64,000 nucleotides of DNA, from the NCBI GenBank assembly GCA_046300675.1, contig JBKCLO010000193.1, forward strand, positions 70,526 through 134,525, written 5' to 3'. The stretch comes from Ignavibacteria bacterium. Its GTDB lineage: Bacteria; Bacteroidota; Ignavibacteria; Kapaibacteriales; Kapaibacteriaceae. The translations under genes and the position numbers were made by a program. Below are positions 49,136 through 60,017 of this stretch, in pieces. The notes under the pieces are model-generated. The model had not been told where the DNA came from, searched no databases, and worked only from the letters and a program-made list of their open reading frames with translations. The stretch's first letter is position 1. Each line of letters opens with the position of its first letter.

Positions 49136-52100
49136 TTACGGCAGCCAGATAATAGGATACGATGATGCGTCGTTTGCTGTTGTGGCCGAAAGCGCATAGA
49201 CGCCTTGACCTGCCTGCATCATATCGATGGTAAAGCGCATCTGTTTTGATTGACCGTCTGTGTAGATGCTGTGATGCTGCCAGAGTGTAGAACCATCGAG
49301 GGCGACTAAGCGGAGATCATATTCTCCCGGCATGGTAAAATCTACGACAACATCAATGAAGTGATCTCGAGGATTTGGCAACACACGGACGACAGGTTTT
49401 GATAGGCTGCGCAGAAGTCTGCCAAGAAGGTTGCAGCCAGTGATGATCAGGGTGCCGGGTGTTGTTGTCATCCTCGGACAGTGGTCAGCAAACCATTCAA
49501 CATTTTCCCATGATGTAGGAGTGTTAACCGTTCGGCCGGCTAAGACTAAACCCTGTACGTGCGTAATCTTCTGACGTGTACTGATAATGTCGATGTCTTC
49601 GATGCGAATGTGTGAAAGCCTGTCTGTACCCCGCACAGAGGTGCGTAGAGATCCGCGATCAGCAGAATCGGGTAAGAATGCAGTTGCGTCATGAACAAGC
49701 GTAGCTCGGAACTCGTTTATGTGCAGCGGAAGGGCATCTTCCGGTACTTCAATAAACACAGGTATGCCGATACTGTCTTCTCCGGCAGATGCGGTGATAC
49801 TACCCGCGATCAGACGTATTGGCACCGTGTCGCGAACGTAGACAGTTACAGAGGCCGTTTGTATACAGCCAAGAGCATCATATCCCACAACGCTATAGGT
49901 GGTGGTTGTATCGGGTTTGGCATATGGACTTGGCGATGTAGAATCGCTGAGACCTCGCGATGGACTCCACCGATACGTTATAGCACCATAAGCTTTCAGC
50001 TGTGTTGCATCGCCCTTGCAGATATGGAGGTCTGGGGTGGTTCGCAGATCGAGCTTTGAGACATACACCGTTACGCTGTCGATGGCAATACAGTCTCCGG
50101 TTTGCGCGCGCATGGTATATGTGGTTGTAACTGCAGGACTCGCCAACGGCGACACAGACGTAGGATCATCAAGTCCGGTTGTCGGTGTCCACGTGATCAA
50201 CTCAGCATAACCATCAGAGAGGAGTCTTTTGCTTGCCCCCTGACACAGCGACAGGTCGGCACCTGCATTGATAAGCGGTGTAGGCGTAACGTAAACAACA
50301 ACAGTATCAAGCGTGGAACAACCGTTTTGACTAATGCCGCATGCAATGTACGAGGTGGTCATTGTTGGGCCCACTGCCAAGACCATACCCGTATCGATCA
50401 CCACACCTTTGAGCGTGAGCCATTCAACTTTTGAGCCGGTGGTAGACGCAGTTAACACAGCAGGCGAACCTTGACAGATGCGCTGGTTGATTCCTGCATC
50501 GATTGTCGGCGATTCCTGAGGTATGATACGCAGTGTGTCGTATGCAAGGCAGTCGCCACTCTTTGCAAGCAGGATGATCTCTACGGGATCTGTACCAAGC
50601 ACAACACGTGTCGACGGGGCATAACGATCAAGCACGCCGGGGCCTGTCCACTCGTGAATCGTACCTGCCGAGGCCGACAGTGTTGCCGTGTCGGAAGAGC
50701 AGAGCAGTTGAGGCGTGCTGATGGTAACGGCGAATGAATCCAAAACGTTTACCACAACGGTGTCGACAACTTCGCATGATCCCATCTTGAGGCGCACTGT
50801 ATAGACCGTGGAAACGGACGGACGTGCAACAGGAGTAGCCGAGGATGCATCGTCGAGTCCTGTAGATGGACTCCAGAGATACGAAGACGCACCTTGCGCC
50901 TTAAGCTGCGTGCCTGCTCCTGCACAAATGGTTGCATCGCCGCTGGCAGACATAGACGGCACGCGCACTAATACAGAAGCTGTATCTGCGCATCCATTAG
51001 CAGATGATCCGATCACGGTAAATCGAGTAGTGGTCTGCACTCTTGCCACAGGACTCGCTATGCGTGCATTTGAAAGGGGCTGAGCAGGATACCACTCGTA
51101 AGACTGGGCTCCTTTTGCCTGCAGAACAAAAGACTCACCCGGACAAACCGTTATCACCGAGTCTACCGCAACAGAAGGGGCCAACTCTACACGAATGGTA
51201 GCAGACGTGGTATCTGCACCAAAGATGTTTGAAGTGATTAGTTGTACGGTGTACACGCCCGGAGTTGTATAGCACACCCGTGAAGGATTGCGCTCGACGG
51301 ACGTAGCAGGGATGCCACCTTCGAAACTCCAACTCCAGGCTTCTATCGATCCGGTGCTTAGATCCTTGAAATCCGTGCATGCTCCGGCACAAAGTACGCG
51401 AGGCTGTATGAAGTTGGCATTCGGAAGCGCACACTGAACCACACGCTGTGATGGTTCGATAAGTGTTGGACCAATGATGTTGGGCAGTCCAAGTCGCATG
51501 ACGCCAGTGAGCTTGATGGCTGCATCTACGTACTGCGCGGCACTACCAGAAAGCTCCGGTGCATTGATTACGCTAAGCGATGATTCGCCGGGACGTCCAA
51601 GATAGATCTTGCCGTCTGGTCCAAGCTGCATTGCAATCCAGCTGTTGATGCCTTTGGTTTCGCCTACAAGAAAGGATGACGACGCGATCTGATCGCCTGT
51701 GGGGCGGGTTACATCAAACTGATAAATGCGCGAGGATGATGAGGGGTCCTCCGGCGATGCAGCTACATAGAGCATGCGTCCGTCTAGTGAGAACGCCGCG
51801 CCGTAATGAGCGTTGTTATTGGGCGACTGCATCACTGTGATTGCGTTCGAAACTTTTCCTGTTTCCCCATCAAAGTCAAAGAGCTGCGTATGACCAGCGA
51901 TGGATGTTAACACGAGCCTGCGGTTATCTGGTGATACATGCATCTGGCCGGCATCTTTAACAGTTAACAACGGGTTGCCTACATCAGAGACAACAGGCAG
52001 AGATTGCAGCTCGTCGCGCGTGAGATGCAGACTGTAGAAATGTCGCGAAACTCTGCTGCGCACTACGATCCACCAACCATCTCCACGACAATCGGCGCCG

Positions 52101-52651
52101 GCCGTAAGGTGTTCCGTGACGTCGTTGAGCAGAAGCTCGTTCTTCGTGGACACATCTCCAAATCCGTCGTCCTGCCTCATATCTACGATGCTGTAATACA
52201 GACATAGACAACGCGATGCAGCACCGCTTGCCGTTACCGGTGCCGCATTGAAAACGTAGTACAGATAAGGTCTGCCAGGTGCCGGAACGATAAGCGCACT
52301 TTGGCTTGTCGACGGATCTCCAAAGAGCCCCTTGCCGTTTGGCATAACCTCATGAAGTCGATTCCAGACAGTAACACCATCTGTGTAAAAGAGAAGCTCT
52401 CCGGTGTTTGGATCTGAAATTGATGCACATCCCTCAGATGTTGAAAGGCGACCATCATCAAGGGGCTGAGCAGAACTGCCGGCGAACGTAATGCCGGCGT
52501 TCTGTCCGAAGTACCAATTCGTGGAATACTTCGGCTGCGCATCAAGATCTACAGACGCTGCAATGAGGGCCCCGGCAAGGAGCAGAGCGCAAACGAACAC
52601 GCGCGCGAATCGCACGACTGCAACGAAGCAGTATCGTTGTTTGTAAGGCAT
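49136..52651 (-). CDS. Giant secreted protein: N-terminal beta-propeller-like region, multiple Ig/PKD-like repeats, and a C-terminal tail resembling a T9SS sorting domain
   Basis: Repeats of the form Y-x-W-x-P-x-x-G-L…T-x-Y-x-V…GC…D-x-V-x-V recur. The C-terminal VLPNPRDHFIDVVVDF…GVYALSATT…IIWLP is a Por tail. I prefer the ATG at 52651 (MPYKQRY…) over the TTG at 52681. Confidence 0.75.
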   Translation of the reverse strand: MPYKQRYCFVAVVRFARVFVCALLLAGALIAASVDLDAQPKYSTNWYFGQNAGITFAGSSAQPLDDGRLSTSEGCASISDPNTGELLFYTDGVTVWNRLHEVMPNGKGLFGDPSTSQSALIVPAPGRPYLYYVFNAAPVTASGAASRCLCLYYSIVDMRQDDGFGDVSTKNELLLNDVTEHLTAGADCRGDGWWIVVRSRVSRHFYSLHLTRDELQSLPVVSDVGNPLLTVKDAGQMHVSPDNRRLVLTSIAGHTQLFDFDGETGKVSNAITVMQSPNNNAHYGAAFSLDGRMLYVAASPEDPSSSSRIYQFDVTRPTGDQIASSSFLVGETKGINSWIAMQLGPDGKIYLGRPGESSLSVINAPELSGSAAQYVDAAIKLTGVMRLGLPNIIGPTLIEPSQRVVQCALPNANFIQPRVLCAGACTDFKDLSTGSIEAWSWSFEGGIPATSVERNPSRVCYTTPGVYTVQLITSNIFGADTTSATIRVELAPSVAVDSVITVCPGESFVLQAKGAQSYEWYPAQPLSNARIASPVARVQTTTRFTVIGSSANGCADTASVLVRVPSMSASGDATICAGAGTQLKAQGASSYLWSPSTGLDDASSATPVARPSVSTVYTVRLKMGSCEVVDTVVVNVLDSFAVTISTPQLLCSSDTATLSASAGTIHEWTGPGVLDRYAPSTRVVLGTDPVEIILLAKSGDCLAYDTLRIIPQESPTIDAGINQRICQGSPAVLTASTTGSKVEWLTLKGVVIDTGMVLAVGPTMTTSYIACGISQNGCSTLDTVVVYVTPTPLINAGADLSLCQGASKRLLSDGYAELITWTPTTGLDDPTSVSPLASPAVTTTYTMRAQTGDCIAIDSVTVYVSKLDLRTTPDLHICKGDATQLKAYGAITYRWSPSRGLSDSTSPSPYAKPDTTTTYSVVGYDALGCIQTASVTVYVRDTVPIRLIAGSITASAGEDSIGIPVFIEVPEDALPLHINEFRATLVHDATAFLPDSADRGSLRTSVRGTDRLSHIRIEDIDIISTRQKITHVQGLVLAGRTVNTPTSWENVEWFADHCPRMTTTPGTLIITGCNLLGRLLRSLSKPVVRVLPNPRDHFIDVVVDFTMPGEYDLRLVALDGSTLWQHHSIYTDGQSKQMRFTIDMMQAGQGVYALSATTANDASSYPIIWLP

Positions 52652-52779
52652 TTCTGGTTGGCTCAAAATAGGCAAAAACAAGCCCCTTTGGACCGCCTCA
52701 CATTACCTGATTTTAATGTTCGTGCTTGGCAGGATAGCGTAATTTCGAAGAGCGAGATTATCACCAACTGCACGGCCGT

Positions 52780-53481
52780 ATGGAAAAGAAAATCCTGGTA
52801 GTCGACGACGAACAGGACATCCTAGATCTGATCTCCTATAACCTCTCAAAAGAGGGGTTCAAGGTGTTCACTGCCTCTGATGGTGTTCAGGGGTTGGACA
52901 CTGCGTTAACCTGTAGGCCCGACCTTATCATCCTCGATATCATGATGCCCGGTAAGGATGGTTTTGAGGTATGCCGTACGCTTCGCCGTGACTCCTCGTT
53001 CGCCTCTACGGCGATCATGTTCCTCACGGCCAAGTCGAGCGAGATAGACCAGATCTTGGGTCTCGAACTTGGTGCTGACGACTATATCCAGAAGCCAATT
53101 TCGCCAAGGGTACTCCTGGCACGAGTTAAGACCATGCTCCGCCGCGGCGCAGAAAGTGTTAAGACCGAAACGATCGCAGCACCCGAACTGTTGCGCGTTG
53201 GTAACGTCGAGATCAATAGACAGAACTACACGGTGCGTGTTGATGGCAAAGAGATCTTCTTTCCGAAGAAAGAGTTCGAACTCTTGGCATTTCTTGCATC
53301 AAACAGGGGCAAGGTGTTCTCCAGAGAGTCTCTGCTACGTCGAATATGGGGCGAGAGTGTGTATGTAATCGACCGAACGGTGGATGTACACGTAAGTAAA
53401 ATTCGGGAGAAGCTCGGTCCCTACGGACACTGGATAGAAACGGTTAAAGGTGTTGGTTACCGTTTCGCCGAACAGATCTAA
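52780..53481 (+). CDS. OmpR/PhoB-family response regulator
   Basis: The REC domain is KKILVVDDEQDILDL…DLIILDIMMPGKDG. A winged-helix C-terminal domain follows (…RIWGESVYVIDRTVDVHVSKIREKL). Confidence 0.88.
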   Translation: MEKKILVVDDEQDILDLISYNLSKEGFKVFTASDGVQGLDTALTCRPDLIILDIMMPGKDGFEVCRTLRRDSSFASTAIMFLTAKSSEIDQILGLELGADDYIQKPISPRVLLARVKTMLRRGAESVKTETIAAPELLRVGNVEINRQNYTVRVDGKEIFFPKKEFELLAFLASNRGKVFSRESLLRRIWGESVYVIDRTVDVHVSKIREKLGPYGHWIETVKGVGYRFAEQI

Positions 53482-53483
53482 CT

Positions 53484-54443
53484 TTGTTCATGACCGAACA
53501 GTTGATTCCTTGGCTTTTTGGCGTTGCTGTAGGTGCAGGTGTAAGCGCCTTGCTTCTGCGTAAATGGGTGCGTACCAGATTGGTCGAGCCAGCCAAGCGC
53601 ATTACTGAGGTAACAACAGCAATTGCCGAAGGTGCGGCATCGGTACGTATCGAGTCGCTGCCCGTGGCCCACCCTGAGCTGCGCCAGATTGCTCAGTCCA
53701 TCAATCACCTTGCAGAGCGGTCTTCCAGAGATATCGGCGAAATGCAGCGCTTAGAGCGCGTACGTTCGGAGTTCGTTGCAAATGTTTCACACGAACTGCG
53801 TACGCCGATATTTAGTGTTCAGGGTTATCTCGAGACGCTTCTTGATGGGGCAGTCGACGATCCTAATGTGTCGATGCAGTTCCTCGAGAAGGCATATCAC
53901 AATGCTATGCGACTCAATGCTCTGCTCAATGATCTGATTGATATATCTCGCATAGAGAGTGGTGAGCTGAAGTTCTCATTCCGATACTTCGATATCGCCG
54001 ACCTCATCAACGAACTTGTGCAAACGATGCAGATCCGTGCAGAACAGCGATCAGTTCGCGTTGTGTTGGATCTTGCTCGACAGTCTTCAGTGTACGGAGA
54101 TAAAGAGCGCCTATCACAGGTTCTGACAAACCTGATCGACAATGCTATCAAGTACAATGCCGAGGGTGGCACTGTTACGATTACAAGTGTGAACACCGAT
54201 AAAGGCCTGACTGTCCGTATCTCCGATACCGGCATCGGTATTGCAGAAGAACACTTGTCTCGAATCTTTGAGCGATTCTACCGCGTAGACAAAGACAGAT
54301 CTCGTGCGGTTGGTGGCACGGGTCTGGGATTAGCAATCGTTAAGCACATCCTGGAGGCTCATGAATCTGAGCCGAAGATTACATCTGAACCAGGTAAGGG
54401 CACAACGATCGAGTTTGCACTGCGCACCAACACCGATGTTTAA
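53484..54443 (+). CDS. Sensor histidine kinase (PhoR-like)
   Basis: An N-terminal TM helix opens the protein. The H-box is FVANVSHELRTPI. HATPase_c N/G boxes are present (NLIDNAIKYN and GGTGLGLAIVKHI). The start is TTG 53484 or ATG 53490. Confidence 0.88.
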   Translation: MFMTEQLIPWLFGVAVGAGVSALLLRKWVRTRLVEPAKRITEVTTAIAEGAASVRIESLPVAHPELRQIAQSINHLAERSSRDIGEMQRLERVRSEFVANVSHELRTPIFSVQGYLETLLDGAVDDPNVSMQFLEKAYHNAMRLNALLNDLIDISRIESGELKFSFRYFDIADLINELVQTMQIRAEQRSVRVVLDLARQSSVYGDKERLSQVLTNLIDNAIKYNAEGGTVTITSVNTDKGLTVRISDTGIGIAEEHLSRIFERFYRVDKDRSRAVGGTGLGLAIVKHILEAHESEPKITSEPGKGTTIEFALRTNTDV

Positions 54444-54454
54444 CGGACAAATCG

Positions 54455-57301
54455 TTAGTGCAGCACCTGCACCAGGTTGGTGAAGGAAGCACGATCGCGT
54501 AGGATCCGCACCGTGTACAAGCCCGAGGCAAGGTCAGAAGATCGAATGACCAACGTTCTGCCCGACTGACTCCATATAGCTGTGATTTCCTGACCAGAGA
54601 TATCGATAATCTGGACCGCGTTTACTGGGTGATCACTGCCAAGAGTAACGTTGATGTGCGAAGTAGCAGGTTGTGGAGCAACTTCTGCAGTTAACAGTGA
54701 GACGTCCTCCTGAACACCGGAAACAACATCCCATGAGATATCATCAATGAAGAATCCATCGGATTGACGCGATGCATTGCTGCGGAAACGGAGTCGGGTA
54801 TACAACGTATCGCCGCTGTAGTTCTTGAATTCGACAACTTCTCTTCTCCATGCATCGTCTGCCTTCGTCGTATCTGCCCAGCGCGCATCCTTGCCAGCGT
54901 TCCACCATGCACGTTGTGTCCAGGGGCCAGCTATGCTTTCTGCTGATTCGAGGAACATTGTATCCGATGCATCCACAAAGGCCGCAACGTCCATTTGAAG
55001 GCGAAGGTTTTGACCTGACGCTGAGGCATTACGGTAGGGGTAGAGCACGCACGAATCCCGCCGGTTAGGTTGGTACGCGGCGTTTGGAGAATGTGCAAAC
55101 GATGCCGGCGCACTGCGATAGAACGTCGTCGTGCGTCCCCATGGTCCGCTCTGAACATAGTAACGAGGATCCTGTTCAAAGGAGATCGAATTTGTTGACA
55201 GCGACCCGGCAAAGGCAATGAGTGTGTCGCTTGCTGGACTCACGTTATCATCACGATCGATTGTTGCTGCCGAGATGTTGTACCATCCTTGTGAGGCAAC
55301 CGGCAAGGCCTCACTGACAATCTTTCCTGTATCGGCCGTTCCATAGGCCTTCAGGATTGATGCCTCACTTGCCGCATAGCGAAGTGCCGCAAAATTCACG
55401 AGTGGGTTTACAGAGTCAAGACGAAGCCGGGGAGTTGCGAAACGTACGTTGATAAGAAGGGGCTCCTCTGCTCCAACTGCTTTGATAGCAACGGGTGGTG
55501 CGGGTTCTTTTGAGCCCCCTGCAAACGCAGATGCGTATTGTGTCGCACTTGAGTCTTTGTTGTCGCTTGTTACAGCGACAAGCCCGTAATTGTAGCGCTT
55601 GTATTTGACAAGCCCTGTGTCTGTATAGGATGTAACGGCAGCGCCAAACATCCCGATGTGCGTTCCATCGCGGTAGAGATGATACCTGAAGTCAGAAGAC
55701 GATATCGGTTGTCCAAATGCACGTTCAGTAACGCGGTCCCAGGATAGATCAACGGTTGTAGGAGCTGTTGGCACAGTGCGGGCTGTAAAGCCTAGTGGTG
55801 CCTTGGGTGCACGTGTGCGAACCACTGCCGTGTAGACGTCGTTGTCTGCTTTGTTGATCGTGGTGTTGCGCATATCAACCCACGAAGGGTATACGATGCC
55901 ATCGTAGAAATCGCAGCCGGAGTAATCACCTGCAAAGGTGTTGCCTGCAAATGGATTGTTGCGCAAGTCATTATTGCCATCACCTACGCGTCGATCAACC
56001 CATGTATCGCCGCCGTCGGCAGACCAGCTCACATAGGTGCGAACATCGATGTTTGCTGTATCGTCTCGGCTGTCGCTATACATCACAGCAATCTCTCCAG
56101 ATGTTGGATCCGTGGCAATCCACGACCAGAATTGATCATTGGTTGTATCGGAGTGTACAATCTTGGCAGCCGACCATGTAGAGCCATTATCGGTTGATCT
56201 CGAGAAGTAAACATTAGGGTAATTATCAGCGGCCCACGTGAGATAGAGATTGCCGTTGCGCGTACCTCGAGTATTGTCGATTGTAAGGCTTGGATAGCAC
56301 TCTGCACGTACAACTTTTTTGACACGAGAATTAGACTGCCCGTTGATTGTACTCTTGACACCAAAGGGATTATAGCTCTGGATTATTCGCGGTGTACTGA
56401 ATGTTGTGCCGCCGTCTGTAGAACGAGCATAGCGTAATGCACTCTCTGTTCCGCTATTCCAGACAACATGTATACTGCCGTCTGGTCCGGTTCGGATAAG
56501 CGGGAAGCTCTGTCCGAACGTTGTTGCTTCGCTAGTGCCGGGAAAGCGCTCGCTAACAGCAACCGGAACTGACCATGTAGCTCCCTGATCTGTGCTTTTG
56601 GAAAACACGATCTGCGTTGATGAATCACGATTGATCACACGCTTCCATGGCGTGTAGAGCGTTCCTCTGTAGGGAGATGTCGCAGCTGTATCGGCGTGGA
56701 TGTAGTACTTGTCTTCGAACGATGAGTCTGCTGTCTGAGTGCCAGTGTGGATGATCACAGCAGTGTGCTTCATGCCCCATGTCTTGCCGCCGTCTGTTGT
56801 AGAACTCACGAAGACGCCATTCTCGCCGAATTGCACGTTCCCAGTTCTGCGAAAGCCGCCATACATCAGGTAGCCCTTGCCGTTATGGTCAAAGCACACG
56901 GAGGGGTCGTTTGACGATGTCCACCCGGGACGTGCAGTACCGAGGGTAATGTTCGACCATGTGCGTCCGGCATCTGTCGAGAAGTATGCCCAGGTAGACG
57001 AGCTGCCACGATAATCAACAGCTGATCCGAGAAGGTTTGCCGGATTGCGTGGATTGACGGCAATTGAAGATTCATTTTGTGCCGGCAGTTGATCTGTTTC
57101 CGGCTGAATCATACTCGCATTCAGAAACAGTGTTGGTAACTGCGCCTCTTGTACGAATGGCACCATCGCGATAGGGGGCTCGCTTGACACCACAGGTGTT
57201 GGATGGGCGCGCTCCATGTGGCGTTCATGAATGTTCTCTTGAGCAACTGCCATGCATGCTGCGAAGAAGAACGCTACGAGAGGAAGTATGGGGTAAGTCA
57301 T
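54455..57301 (-). CDS. Secreted BNR-repeat (sialidase/glycosidase-like) protein with a C-terminal tail resembling a T9SS sorting domain
   Basis: BNR motifs are present (STDAGRTW, TTDGGKTW, STDQGATW, STDNGSTW, SADGGDTW). The C-terminal …LASGLYTVRILRDRASFTNLVQVLH is a Por tail. The start at 57301 (MTYPILPLVAFFFAACMAVAQE) is chosen so the ORF does not run through the dnaK terminator. Confidence 0.75.
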   Translation of the reverse strand: MTYPILPLVAFFFAACMAVAQENIHERHMERAHPTPVVSSEPPIAMVPFVQEAQLPTLFLNASMIQPETDQLPAQNESSIAVNPRNPANLLGSAVDYRGSSSTWAYFSTDAGRTWSNITLGTARPGWTSSNDPSVCFDHNGKGYLMYGGFRRTGNVQFGENGVFVSSTTDGGKTWGMKHTAVIIHTGTQTADSSFEDKYYIHADTAATSPYRGTLYTPWKRVINRDSSTQIVFSKSTDQGATWSVPVAVSERFPGTSEATTFGQSFPLIRTGPDGSIHVVWNSGTESALRYARSTDGGTTFSTPRIIQSYNPFGVKSTINGQSNSRVKKVVRAECYPSLTIDNTRGTRNGNLYLTWAADNYPNVYFSRSTDNGSTWSAAKIVHSDTTNDQFWSWIATDPTSGEIAVMYSDSRDDTANIDVRTYVSWSADGGDTWVDRRVGDGNNDLRNNPFAGNTFAGDYSGCDFYDGIVYPSWVDMRNTTINKADNDVYTAVVRTRAPKAPLGFTARTVPTAPTTVDLSWDRVTERAFGQPISSSDFRYHLYRDGTHIGMFGAAVTSYTDTGLVKYKRYNYGLVAVTSDNKDSSATQYASAFAGGSKEPAPPVAIKAVGAEEPLLINVRFATPRLRLDSVNPLVNFAALRYAASEASILKAYGTADTGKIVSEALPVASQGWYNISAATIDRDDNVSPASDTLIAFAGSLSTNSISFEQDPRYYVQSGPWGRTTTFYRSAPASFAHSPNAAYQPNRRDSCVLYPYRNASASGQNLRLQMDVAAFVDASDTMFLESAESIAGPWTQRAWWNAGKDARWADTTKADDAWRREVVEFKNYSGDTLYTRLRFRSNASRQSDGFFIDDISWDVVSGVQEDVSLLTAEVAPQPATSHINVTLGSDHPVNAVQIIDISGQEITAIWSQSGRTLVIRSSDLASGLYTVRILRDRASFTNLVQVLH

Positions 57302-57348
57302 GTTCGAAAAATAACACCGCCTTATGGCATAAACCGACATCGGATGCT

Positions 57349-57390
57349 GAAAAGAAAAAGCCCGCACCGGTGGTGATTCGGTGCGGGCTT
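57349..57390 (-). terminator. Rho-independent terminator downstream of dnaK
   Basis: A 10-bp stem (GCCCGCACCG pairing with CGGTGCGGGC) closes a 9-nt loop. On the minus strand a T-rich run follows it (plus-strand AAAAGAAAAAG at 57350-57360). Confidence 0.8.
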
Positions 57391-57425
57391 GGACATCGAG
57401 GATCTTGGAGAAGAGCCTCGAGTTA

Positions 57426-59327
57426 TTACTTCTCGTCTACGACAGTAAAGTCTGCGTCTTCCACCTTGTTGCCTTCTGTGCCGGCTGATGCGCCTGCCTC
57501 ATCGGCCGTCTGTTGTGGTTGCTCAGCCGAGGCATCCTGATACATCTTCGTAGATGCTTCGCTCCACAACTGGTTGAGAGCATCCATCGCCGGACGGATG
57601 TCTGCAGCATTATTCTTGGAAGCATCTGCAAGGCGATCTTTAGCCTTCGTAATCCGATCCTTTGTGTCGGCATCAAGCTTCTCATCGAACTCTTTGAGCT
57701 GCTTCTCGGTGCTGTACACAAGTTGATCTGCCTGATTGCGAAGTTCGATCTCCTCTTTGCGCTTCTTGTCTTCTGCTGCGTGATCCTGTGCATCACGCTT
57801 CATCTTCTCGACCTCGTTCTTATCGAGTCCGCTCGAGCCGGTGATGCGGATGTTCTGTTCCTTATTCGTTGCCTTGTCCTTTGCTGTTACACTCAGGATG
57901 CCGTTGGCGTCGATATCGAACGTGACCTCGACCTGAGGTACTCCTCGCGGAGCAGGCGGGATACCGTCGAGGTGGAACTTGCCAAGCGTCTTGTTGTCTG
58001 CCGCCATTGAGCGCTCACCCTGAAGGATGTGAATCTCAACAGATGGCTGACTATCAGAAGCAGTGGAGAACGTCTCCGTCTTGCGATGCGGAATCGTAGT
58101 GTTCGATGGAATCATCGGCGTCATAACGCCACCCATCGTCTCGATGCCAAGCGAAAGTGGAGTTACGTCCAGCAGGAGAACATCCTTTACGTCGCCAGAA
58201 AGCACTCCACCTTGGATCGCTGCGCCCACGGCAACAACTTCGTCTGGATTGACACCTTTCGATGGTTCCTTACCGAAGAAGTTTTTCACGAGCTCCTGAA
58301 TCTTCGGGATGCGTGTAGAGCCCCCTACCAGAATCACATCGTCGATCTGAGACGGCGTCATCTTTGCATCACGCAGTGCTCCTTCGCATGGCTTGAGAGA
58401 CCTGTCGAACAGGTCGGTGCAGAGCTGCTCGAAGCGTGCGCGTGTGATGTTGACGTTAAGGTGCTTAGGACCATCAGCGGTTGCCGTGATGAATGGCAGG
58501 TTTACGTCTGTCTGAAGCATCTGCGATAGCTCAATCTTTGCTTTCTCAGCTGCTTCGCGCAGACGCTGAAGGGCCATCGGATCCTTGCGCAGGTCGATGC
58601 CTTCCTGCTTGTTGAACTCGTCGGCAAGGAAGTCGATCAGTCGCTGGTCGAAGTTGTCGCCGCCAAGGTGCGTATCGCCGTTGGTAGACTTCACTTCGAA
58701 CACGCCATCGCCGATCTCAAGAATCGATATATCGAACGTACCACCACCTAAGTCATAAACAGCAACAGTTTGGTTCTGACCCTTTTTATCGAGTCCGTAT
58801 GCAAGTGCTGCTGCTGTTGGCTCGTTGATGATACGACGCACAGTAAGACCTGCGATTTCGCCTGCGTCTTTTGTTGCCTGACGTTGAGCATCGTTGAAGT
58901 AGGCTGGTACAGTGATCACTGCTTCTGTGATCTTCTCGCCCAAATAATCTTCAGCCGTCTGCTTCATCTTCTGAAGCACCATTGCCGAGATCTCAGGGGG
59001 CGAGTACAAACGTCCATCGATGTCTACGCGGGCCGTGTTGTTGTCGCCAGCAACTACGGCATACGGAACGCTCTTGGCTTCGTCTGAGACTTCGCTCATC
59101 TGACGTCCCATAAAGCGTTTGATCGAGTAGATCGTGTTCGTTGGGTTTGTAACTGCCTGACGCTTTGCTGATTGACCAACAAGGCGCTCTCCGCTCTTTG
59201 TAAATGCAACAACAGATGGTGTTGTGCGCATGCCCTCGGTGTTGGCGATCACAACTGGTGTTGTTCCTTCCATCACTGCCACACATGAATTGGTGGTGCC
59301 GAGGTCAATTCCGATAATCTTACCCAT
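57426..59327 (-). CDS. dnaK: Molecular chaperone DnaK (Hsp70)
   Basis: [26 protein letters not shown] and a C-terminal lid are present. A GAAGGAAG Shine-Dalgarno-like site lies 4 nt before the ATG. Confidence 0.97.
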   Translation of the reverse strand: MGKIIGIDLGTTNSCVAVMEGTTPVVIANTEGMRTTPSVVAFTKSGERLVGQSAKRQAVTNPTNTIYSIKRFMGRQMSEVSDEAKSVPYAVVAGDNNTARVDIDGRLYSPPEISAMVLQKMKQTAEDYLGEKITEAVITVPAYFNDAQRQATKDAGEIAGLTVRRIINEPTAAALAYGLDKKGQNQTVAVYDLGGGTFDISILEIGDGVFEVKSTNGDTHLGGDNFDQRLIDFLADEFNKQEGIDLRKDPMALQRLREAAEKAKIELSQMLQTDVNLPFITATADGPKHLNVNITRARFEQLCTDLFDRSLKPCEGALRDAKMTPSQIDDVILVGGSTRIPKIQELVKNFFGKEPSKGVNPDEVVAVGAAIQGGVLSGDVKDVLLLDVTPLSLGIETMGGVMTPMIPSNTTIPHRKTETFSTASDSQPSVEIHILQGERSMAADNKTLGKFHLDGIPPAPRGVPQVEVTFDIDANGILSVTAKDKATNKEQNIRITGSSGLDKNEVEKMKRDAQDHAAEDKKRKEEIELRNQADQLVYSTEKQLKEFDEKLDADTKDRITKAKDRLADASKNNAADIRPAMDALNQLWSEASTKMYQDASAEQPQQTADEAGASAGTEGNKVEDADFTVVDEK

Positions 59328-59367
59328 TGGGCTTCCTTCAACCTAGAAATGTGAGATATACTGTCCG

Positions 59368-59808
59368 TTACGAAATGCGAACGTCAAGTTCTTTGTGCGC
59401 CGATGGTTCCTTTTTCGGAATCGACACCGATAGCACGCCGTCCTTGAAGTTTGCTCTGATTGCTTCTGTTTTTAGGTCCTTCGGCAGAGAGAACGAACGC
59501 GAGAATGATCCGTAGTTGCGCTCAATCCGTGTGTAGTTCTTCTCTTCCAACTTTGCTTCGCGCTTTTTCTCACCGCGAATTGTAAGCACGCTGTTGTCGG
59601 TGATGGTGATCTTGACATCATTCTTTTCAAGACCCGGCAACTCGGCATTGAATGTGACGGCCTCTGCTTCGTCGCAGATATCGACACGTGGCGTGAACTC
59701 TCCGATCTCAAAACGAACGCCGCCGTCTTGAAAACCATCGAACACTTCATTCATACGACGGAACACGGTATCAATACCGCGAAAAGGATCAACTTTGATC
59801 AGGGACAT
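59368..59808 (-). CDS. Hsp20/alpha-crystallin-family small heat-shock protein
   Basis: An ATG at 59808 (MSLIKVDPF…) has an AAGGAG Shine-Dalgarno-like site upstream. The alpha-crystallin domain ends …FKDGVLSVSIPKK. A 40-nt gap separates it from dnaK, suggesting an hsp20-dnaK operon. I reject the 84-aa N-terminal extension of the track ORF. Confidence 0.88.
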   Translation of the reverse strand: MSLIKVDPFRGIDTVFRRMNEVFDGFQDGGVRFEIGEFTPRVDICDEAEAVTFNAELPGLEKNDVKITITDNSVLTIRGEKKREAKLEEKNYTRIERNYGSFSRSFSLPKDLKTEAIRANFKDGVLSVSIPKKEPSAHKELDVRIS

Positions 59809-59853
59809 GACTGGTCTCCTTGTGGTGATGAGGATTGACAACTGTTTTGTCTC

Positions 59854-59867
59854 CCAATGGCCATTGG
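59854..59867. promoter_or_regulatory. Perfect 14-bp palindrome CCAATGGCCATTGG in the hsp20-dnaK upstream region (candidate operator)
   Basis: It reads directly from the sequence and lies 46-59 nt upstream of the hsp20 start codon. Confidence 0.4.
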
Positions 59868-59914
59868 TGGAACATCGCTTTCGACGAACCACTCGGAAAA
59901 TCGTGCCAAACAGG

Positions 59915-59934
59915 AAAAACTGCCGTAATGGCAG
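59915..59934 (-). terminator. Candidate weak intrinsic terminator after the terC/NlpC-P60 genes
   Basis: A 6-bp stem (ACTGCC pairing with GGCAGT) closes a 5-nt loop. On the minus strand a TTTTT run follows it (plus-strand AAAAA at 59915-59919). Confidence 0.35.
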
Positions 59935-60017
59935 TAAAATGCAGTAAGGCGATGTCAGTACGACAGTTGTCTCTCCATGAAGTATGCCATTGTGACACAC
60001 TATGCGTCCTGCGCGGC

